Source of the DNA: an uncultured bacterium
GTDB lineage: Bacteria; Omnitrophota; Omnitrophia; Omnitrophales; JACQLI01
Assembly (NCBI GenBank): GCA_964372875.1
Contig: CAYJTB010000002.1
Span: forward strand, 21,576-85,575
DNA length: 64,000 bases
Direction: 5' to 3'
Under the pieces are notes generated by a model. That model was not told the DNA's origin. It made no database searches and saw only the letters and a list, made by a program, of their open reading frames with translations. A program made the translations under genes and the position numbers. Positions 58,344 through 64,000 of this stretch are shown in pieces (position 1 is the first letter of the stretch; the number at the start of each line of letters is the position of its first letter).

Positions 58344-58871
58344 ATGATACAAAAAAAAGCATTTTTTCTTATGGGGATATTCGGTACCCTGCTTTTTCTT
58401 CCCCTCAATGGGTTGTGGGCGGATACCGAGATAAAGATTGTCAGAATTTTATTTGAAATCGAACCGGTGACCGCCATGAAAGTCGCTTCCGATACCGGCG
58501 TCAAGGCGGTTCAGTTGGGCCCCCTTTCTCCTCACGCGGAAGTGCCCGCTCAATCGCTTGAGGTCTCCATTTTGTCGAACATCCGTCAATCCTATCAAAT
58601 CTATCACCGCCTGGAGGAAGATGTCACGAATGCCAGGGGAACAAAATTTCCTCATGAAAAATTACTTTTTATGGTGGCAGGAGGAAAAGAAGGAGGGACG
58701 AGTGCGTTTTCCGGTTTGTCCAGCATCCCTTCGGGCGAGACTTTAATTTTCCGTTCAAAACCGGATGGCGGTTCGGATGTTTTTCGCATTTTATATTCGG
58801 TAGAAAATACGAAACTTTTCGAGGCGGGTCTCTACTATGGTAATATTTATCTCGATATTCGAACAGAATAA
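58344..58871 (+). CDS. Secreted fibre-subunit candidate P2 (175 aa)
   Basis: It has a signal peptide and the C-terminal pattern FRSKPDGGSDVFRILYSV...EAGLYYGNIYLDIRTE, which is shared with P3 and resembles SCPU/DUF4402-type subunits. Confidence 0.55.
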   Translation: MIQKKAFFLMGIFGTLLFLPLNGLWADTEIKIVRILFEIEPVTAMKVASDTGVKAVQLGPLSPHAEVPAQSLEVSILSNIRQSYQIYHRLEEDVTNARGTKFPHEKLLFMVAGGKEGGTSAFSGLSSIPSGETLIFRSKPDGGSDVFRILYSVENTKLFEAGLYYGNIYLDIRTE

Positions 58872-59376
58872 GAAAATTTTAGCGTTGTCTTGGCTCCTCC
58901 TTTTAGGGGCTGGGTTTTTTGTCCCTAGGGCGTGGGCCGCGGATGAGATCAACCTTCAAGTTACCTTTATTGAAGGTGGAGATTCACTCGATTTTGGCCG
59001 ATTAAGAAATTTAGAAACTGACGGCACGCCTACCACCGAGGCGGCCACTCGTCAAGTGAGACTAAACATTGATCCTGTGGGGGGAAGCTTGAAGTCCTAT
59101 ATCGTTACTCAAATTGTCCAAGAAACTCCGGCCAATCAAGTCGGTACTCCCGTTCCGCTCGATACCGTTTTATATCGTGTTCAAGAAGAAGTTGGATCTG
59201 GAGTCGTAAGAGTCCCCAACCAAACTCCTTTGGTTTCCGGAGAGGAAGAAATTTATCGCTCCAGCCCCACGGGGGGATCCTCTCAACTCCTTGTAATCTA
59301 TGATCTTGCAGCATCTCCGCAGCAGGAAGCAGGCAGTTATTCGGGAAGCATTGCCTATAGGGTTTCTGCGGTATGA
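58837..59376 (+). CDS. Secreted fibre-subunit candidate P3 (179 aa)
   Basis: The signal peptide LALSWLLLLGAGFFVPRAWA, and the C-terminal YRSSPTGGSSQLLVIYDL...EAGSYSGSIAYRVSAV, paralogous to P2. Confidence 0.55.
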   Translation: MVIFISIFEQNKKILALSWLLLLGAGFFVPRAWAADEINLQVTFIEGGDSLDFGRLRNLETDGTPTTEAATRQVRLNIDPVGGSLKSYIVTQIVQETPANQVGTPVPLDTVLYRVQEEVGSGVVRVPNQTPLVSGEEEIYRSSPTGGSSQLLVIYDLAASPQQEAGSYSGSIAYRVSAV

Positions 59377-60227
59377 AGAAAATATTTCTTGTTATATTTT
59401 TTCTCTGCCTTGGAAGCTTGTCTCTTTTTGCTGAAGAGGCCGCTGCGCCCGCTAAAAAAGGATTCGGTGTTTCTATTTCACCTTCGCTGATTCGTCTGAC
59501 CGGTAAACCTGGGCAGGCCCAAAATGCTACGGTTCGGGTATTGAATAATGGAGTAAGCCCTACGCAAGTCATTACGGATATGAGCGATGTAGGCAACATG
59601 GTCGACAAAGAAGGAAGATTGACCCGCCAATTTCCCCCCGCAGGAACCACTCCATTTTCCTGCGCGAAGTGGACGCTTCTACGAGAAAATCAATTTATGC
59701 TCGGGCCCAAACAATTCAAAGATGTCACCTTTGTCATTTCTCCTCCCGCGGACAGTGTGGGAGGTTCGGCATGCGTTGTTTTTTTTAAAGGGATTCCTCC
59801 GCCCGAAGACAGTACAGGCGAGGCCGGCAAATACGCGCAGGCAACGATACAAATCCAACCGCGTCTCGGAGCCATGGTTTTTTATGAGATCGAAGGCACC
59901 GTCCGGCGGACCGCCAAACTCCTTGATATCAAATCCGATCCCCCCACCGCAGACACTCCTTTAAAAATTCACTATACTTTTAAGAACACGGGCAACACGG
60001 ATGTTCTGATCTCGGGCACGTTTTATATTTTGGATTCCAACAAAACTTTGGTCACCAAAGGAGATTTAAAAACCATCCGGATGTTTCCCGGCGATGAAGG
60101 CGCGAGCGAGACAGAGTCCACCGTCAGTTCCCTTTCATCCGGAAAATATCAATTGGTGGTAAGTTTTGAGTTGGGGCCCAATGTCCGGGAGGTGATTGTT
60201 AAGGAGCTTGAATTTTCAATTCCCTAG
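59373..60227 (+). CDS. Periplasmic two-Ig-domain chaperone-like protein P4 (284 aa)
   Basis: It has a signal peptide, the PapD-like opening VSISPSLIRLTGKPGQAQNATVRVLNNG, and a second beta-sandwich-like half. The start overlaps P3 by 4 nt. Confidence 0.5.
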   Translation: MKKIFLVIFFLCLGSLSLFAEEAAAPAKKGFGVSISPSLIRLTGKPGQAQNATVRVLNNGVSPTQVITDMSDVGNMVDKEGRLTRQFPPAGTTPFSCAKWTLLRENQFMLGPKQFKDVTFVISPPADSVGGSACVVFFKGIPPPEDSTGEAGKYAQATIQIQPRLGAMVFYEIEGTVRRTAKLLDIKSDPPTADTPLKIHYTFKNTGNTDVLISGTFYILDSNKTLVTKGDLKTIRMFPGDEGASETESTVSSLSSGKYQLVVSFELGPNVREVIVKELEFSIP

Positions 60228-63125
60228 GTGTCTTACCCCCGCTTAGGAAAATGGAAAAATGTTTTTTTCTGCCTTCTATTTGCCTTCGCGATTTCTAAAA
60301 CCTCTTCTGCTGAGACGTCGCCCTCAATCGAATTGGCAGTTCATTCCCCCGAAAATCTCGCGGTTCAGTCTTACAGTGTGGAAATAGGAAAGTCTCTTGC
60401 CCTTCCTGCCCGCAATCCATCGCGTTATTTAGTTTCTTCTCCCGAGGTGATTCGAATCACACAGGTGAGACCGGATGCCATTGATCTGGTCGGCCAGAAG
60501 TTGGGATCGACCCTCATCCTGGTGTGGGAAGAGACGGGGATCAGGAGTATTCAAATCACCGTAACGCGTGAGATGAAAGAAATAGAGAAAATACAGCAGA
60601 TCAAACAAGGGTCTTCCAAACTTTATCAGTCCCGGAAAAGCAGGTCCTTTAAGACAACCTACGAATCCGGCTATTCCATTCTCGAACAAGGCAAGATTTT
60701 AAACCGGGTCAGCGAGGTGCGTAAAATTTATAATCACGCCGTGAGCTTGAAGGGCAATACCCCCTTGGGTGATCTTGCGGGAAGCTTCTTCTATGAATAC
60801 CGCAAAGAACAAAGCATGAGAAAATCCGTGGCCCTTCCAAGAAACGCCTGGATAGGATTCTTTGATACGGATTTGCCCGGGAAAATTTTGGACCACTATG
60901 ACATGATCGGAGGAGAACAATATCTCAGTTTAAGTGAGTTTGGGTTTCCCGGCGCAAGATACTCGGGCTTTACCCTGTTACCTACAGAAAAAAGAGCAGA
61001 GAAGCCGGAAAAGGGACGTTTGGACTTGTCTTTTTTTGTCGGTCGCGAAGAGCGCGGCGCTTTTTTAGATAACCCCGCCAATACCAACCAGAGAGATATT
61101 AAACTCAATAACCGATTCACCGGTGAGAAGGTGGATTATCATCTATGGGAGCGCGGAAAAATTTCCCTGGGTACTTATCAAAAATGGGGCGGCCCCACCG
61201 CAGCCAATCAGGCGGAAAAAAATTACGACACAGGGTTTGATTTTGGCTTTCCTTATGTGCGTTTCAAAGGGCAAACGGGTTTGGACAACCGAAGACACAC
61301 GGCCATGCGGTACCACGCCCTATTTGAAAACAGCTGGACCCACACCGAGAATATTTTTCTGTACGTCGATCCAAATTACCGCACGATTACGGGAACCACA
61401 TTAGATCAGGGCCGCCGCGGCTGGCAGCTGCATTCAAGATTTCTCCCTTTGATGCCTTGGATAAAATCCGACGCCGTGGAATTAAAATTTGACGCCGACA
61501 TCACCCGGGATCTTTTGTCAGTCAATCCCAAACACCCGCACGATTACAACAAGTACTTTAAAGCGGGTGCGGGAACCCGCCTTCCTTTTAAATTAAAAAA
61601 TGAGGTGTCCTTTGAATATCGCAATCGTTTAGCGACTTCTTTCCCCTACACGCGCAAAAGAATCCACGAGCGGCTGAGTAGGGAAATCTCATTTAATTCG
61701 AGATGGATTAGACGCATGCGCCTTTACGGTCTTTCCACCCTTGAGCGTTATGGAGATGCGGAAAATACACCGGGTTTTAATGCCATCCGGTACGAAGTGG
61801 GCGGAGGAAATTACGTTTATTTGTTAGGAGGAATCTGGCTTTCCGGACAATATCTTTGGGACCGATTGGATGAGAAGGAAGCAAATCTGCATCCGGATAA
61901 AAGGACAAACCCCGGGCAGCTCACTTTAGCGGGAGGGGTCAATCATTCTTTCCGCAGGCTTCCTATCAGTGTGGGGACAAGCTTTCGCTACACCGATGAA
62001 AGGAAAACCATCCCCAAGCTTCACGACCCTTTCATTAATGAAGATCGATTTGAGGTGCGGGGTTCTGTCAATGTGAGGCTTCCTGATAACAGCACCTTTT
62101 ATGTCGAAACAAGGGCCACAAGAATAGAGTCTTTGGTGGGCAATCCCAAACGCATGGAGCTTACACTCGCCTTCGGGACACGTTTAAATTTTGATACCCA
62201 TTTTTATTTTCCCCAAAAGGCAACCATCGAAGGGTGCTTTTTTTTAGATAAGAATGCCAACGGACTCAAGGATGCCGAAGAAGAAGGCCTTCCGGGTATG
62301 GAAGTGGGAGTGGAAAGGGGGCCCAAAACCAAATCCGGCCACTTGGGTTTTTACCGGCTCAGACTTTGGGAAGGACTTGTTGTTTTTAAAGCTACTGACA
62401 AAATTCCCGAGGGATACTTCTTTACCACGCCTAGCGAACACGAACTTGAAATGTTGCCTAAAATGAAAACCCGCGTTGATTTCGGAATTGTTCCGCAAAC
62501 CCAAGTAAAAGGAAGGGCTTATGTGGATATCAATGAAAATTTTATTTTTGATAAAGACGATGTGCCAGTTCCAGCATTACAAGCGGTTCTTGATTCGGGG
62601 GAGTTTGCAGTGACTTCGTCGCAGGGACTTTATTCGATCCTTCAAATCAAACCGGGAGCTAACCGAATCCGTCTTTACATTCCTAGCATCCCCACAGGTT
62701 ACCGAACCATCACTCCGATTGAAGAGAAGTTTGAAGGCAAGCCCGGTGAACTTACGGTTTTTGATATCGTGATGACGATTGAGAGACACGTAGGCGGAAG
62801 CGTTTTTCTCGATACTAATAAAGATGGACGCCGGGCGCTGGATGAGCCGGGCATCGCTAATGTCTCGCTTTCTATCGACGCTCAAAAAGCAACAACGGAT
62901 AAGAGTGGAAAATACTCATTCAAAGACTTAAAGCCGGGGATAAAAAAGATAAGAATAGAAAAGTCGAGTTTAAGGTCGGATTACACCCCATCACTCGATA
63001 CGCTGGAGATTGAAATACCAGCAGGTTTCATAGCCCAAACCGACCTTAACTTTCCCGTCCAAGAAAAAGATGTACCCATGCCGGCATTGGAAGAGTCTCA
63101 AATTGACCCGCCAGGCACGAATTAA
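60228..63125 (+). CDS. Large outer-membrane assembly protein P5 (965 aa). It has a secretin/pilus-formation N-terminal-like domain, a predicted barrel and C-terminal SdrD-B / CarboxypepD_reg-like repeats.
   Basis: The GTG start abuts the P4 stop, and there is a signal peptide. VIRITQVRPDAIDLVGQKLGSTLILVWEE resembles the pilus-formation N-terminal region. The C-terminal repeats are FLDKNANGLKDAEEEGLPGMEV, YVDINENFIFDKDD and FLDTNKDGRRALDEPGIANVSL...TTDKSGKYSFKDLKPG. Confidence 0.55.
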   Translation: MSYPRLGKWKNVFFCLLFAFAISKTSSAETSPSIELAVHSPENLAVQSYSVEIGKSLALPARNPSRYLVSSPEVIRITQVRPDAIDLVGQKLGSTLILVWEETGIRSIQITVTREMKEIEKIQQIKQGSSKLYQSRKSRSFKTTYESGYSILEQGKILNRVSEVRKIYNHAVSLKGNTPLGDLAGSFFYEYRKEQSMRKSVALPRNAWIGFFDTDLPGKILDHYDMIGGEQYLSLSEFGFPGARYSGFTLLPTEKRAEKPEKGRLDLSFFVGREERGAFLDNPANTNQRDIKLNNRFTGEKVDYHLWERGKISLGTYQKWGGPTAANQAEKNYDTGFDFGFPYVRFKGQTGLDNRRHTAMRYHALFENSWTHTENIFLYVDPNYRTITGTTLDQGRRGWQLHSRFLPLMPWIKSDAVELKFDADITRDLLSVNPKHPHDYNKYFKAGAGTRLPFKLKNEVSFEYRNRLATSFPYTRKRIHERLSREISFNSRWIRRMRLYGLSTLERYGDAENTPGFNAIRYEVGGGNYVYLLGGIWLSGQYLWDRLDEKEANLHPDKRTNPGQLTLAGGVNHSFRRLPISVGTSFRYTDERKTIPKLHDPFINEDRFEVRGSVNVRLPDNSTFYVETRATRIESLVGNPKRMELTLAFGTRLNFDTHFYFPQKATIEGCFFLDKNANGLKDAEEEGLPGMEVGVERGPKTKSGHLGFYRLRLWEGLVVFKATDKIPEGYFFTTPSEHELEMLPKMKTRVDFGIVPQTQVKGRAYVDINENFIFDKDDVPVPALQAVLDSGEFAVTSSQGLYSILQIKPGANRIRLYIPSIPTGYRTITPIEEKFEGKPGELTVFDIVMTIERHVGGSVFLDTNKDGRRALDEPGIANVSLSIDAQKATTDKSGKYSFKDLKPGIKKIRIEKSSLRSDYTPSLDTLEIEIPAGFIAQTDLNFPVQEKDVPMPALEESQIDPPGTN

Positions 63126-63248
63126 GCTGTCCTTATTTCAAGACTAAAAAAAGTTTAATCCTTTACTCTTATTCTATAACCCAAAATGAAAACACAAGTT
63201 ACAGCATAGACGTTTTATTAAATACTATATAAATTTATTTACAAAGAC

Positions 63249-63277
63249 TTGACAAAATGTTTTTTATTGGGTAAGGT
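63249..63277 (+). promoter_or_regulatory. Sigma70-like promoter of P6
   Basis: TTGACA (63249-63254), a 17-nt spacer, then TAAGGT (63272-63277), in a 210-nt AT-rich intergenic region. Confidence 0.5.
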
Positions 63278-63337
63278 TCTGACATTCATGGGAGCTAAGC
63301 CACATTCCCAGAAGAATCTAAAAAGGAGACAACTCAG

Positions 63338-63886
63338 ATGAAAACAACGTTGAAAAAAGTAAATGTAGTTGTACTAACCGTATTGTTAGGTTTAGGCACA
63401 GCTACTATGGGTTTTGCAGCTGATTGGGTAACCACCAACCACGCTGTGACAGTTCAAATTCCGGAAGTATTGTCGATTTCCGCCGATGCCTCAAGCTTTA
63501 CCCTCGCGTTTCAGGATTTTATAACCACAGGGGAAGAGTCTTGGGCGCAGACTGTGACGTATACAATGCAAAGCAACAACATGCGTCAAGCGGATGGATC
63601 ACCGGCAATCAATGCGAATCTGGATTTTGCGTATGATCGTTTGGATCTGAAGGCTCAAGTAGGAAACTATACGAAGACCTCAGGCAATACGGAACTCGCA
63701 GCCCAGCAAGCCGGATATGTGACCATCGGTACCGAAAACGTCACTTTGGCTAAAAAGACAAATTCGTTAGGAGATGGAAAATTGTTGAATGGTTCCATTC
63801 CCATTACGTATAAAGCCGTTGCCACAAGCGATGTCCCGTCGGGTGACCAGACTCACATCTTGAACATTACGTTAACTACGATCTAA
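63338..63886 (+). CDS. Secreted fibre-subunit candidate P6 (182 aa), a paralog of P1
   Basis: The SD AAAGGAG, and the signal peptide VVLTVLLGLGTATMGFA. SSFTLAFQDF...NLDFAYDRLDLKA...NTELAAQQAGYVTIGTENV...GSIPITYKAVA aligns with P1. Confidence 0.65.
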   Translation: MKTTLKKVNVVVLTVLLGLGTATMGFAADWVTTNHAVTVQIPEVLSISADASSFTLAFQDFITTGEESWAQTVTYTMQSNNMRQADGSPAINANLDFAYDRLDLKAQVGNYTKTSGNTELAAQQAGYVTIGTENVTLAKKTNSLGDGKLLNGSIPITYKAVATSDVPSGDQTHILNITLTTI

Positions 63887-63911
63887 GCCAAGAATCAAAC
63901 TGGCTACAAAT

Positions 63912-63953
63912 AAACAGCCATCTCGCAGAGATAACGCGAGATGGCTGTTTTTA
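63912..63953 (+). terminator. Rho-independent terminator after P6
   Basis: AAACAGCCATCTCGC - agagataac - GCGAGATGGCTGTTT, followed by a T-run (TTTTTAT). Confidence 0.8.
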
Positions 63954-64000
63954 TACATAAAACCTCTCTTCTTAAGCCTCAAAAGCATCTTACTTACTAA

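Noticed and set aside
1-64000. I searched for tRNA, rRNA, tmRNA, RNase P, SRP RNA, transposase, integrase, RT or known defence genes.
   Set aside because: I found no T-arm/GTTCGAATC-type tRNA signatures, no rRNA-like stretches, and no recognisable recombinase, RT or Cas translations in the ORF set. The two GC-rich non-coding regions did not match the conserved cores of RNase P, tmRNA or SRP by eye.

Overview
This is a 64-kb bacterial chromosomal window of moderate GC. I found no rRNA, tRNA, CRISPR array, transposase or integrase. It probably comes from an uncultivated anaerobe, possibly Omnitrophota-like or PVC-like, but that guess rests only on a giant ORF and gene content and has low confidence. 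Every confident gene is on the + strand except one 12.3-kb ORF (6105-18431, minus strand, 4108 aa).

Gene content, in order:
- A beta-glucan locus: GH94 fragment, GH144/putative-glucoamylase-like lipoprotein, CBM-like protein and ROK regulator.
- tatC.
- The giant ORF.
- A sulfate-activation and cysteine cluster: cysC, PHP-type pAp phosphatase, cysH, sat and cysK.
- A ThrC-like, ThiS/MoaD-like and NIL-domain trio.
- A biotin operon (bioB, fabG-like, fabF-like, bioF, bioA, bioD), interrupted by a 556-nt non-coding structured element.
- mnmA, a larE-like gene, and a reduced Rnf-like cluster.
- pilT, polA, coaE, rho, rpmE, prfA, prmC, murA, rpsP, trmD, rplS, rnhB and yraN.
- An NTT-like transporter fused to HEAT repeats.
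- An envelope cluster, then a cysM plus JAMM (mec-like) pair, then a tandem-DsbA protein.
- A six-gene locus resembling an archaic chaperone-usher fibre system.

The most unusual structure is the giant ORF. It is punctuated in frame by near-identical hairpin-forming REP/MITE-like elements. It also carries, on the opposite strand, four small operons of predicted membrane peptides. Each operon has a TTGACT-17nt-TAnnCT promoter and strong Shine-Dalgarno sites, yet the minus-strand frame stays stop-free across all of them. All calls rest on reading the translations and sequence by eye. No database search was possible.
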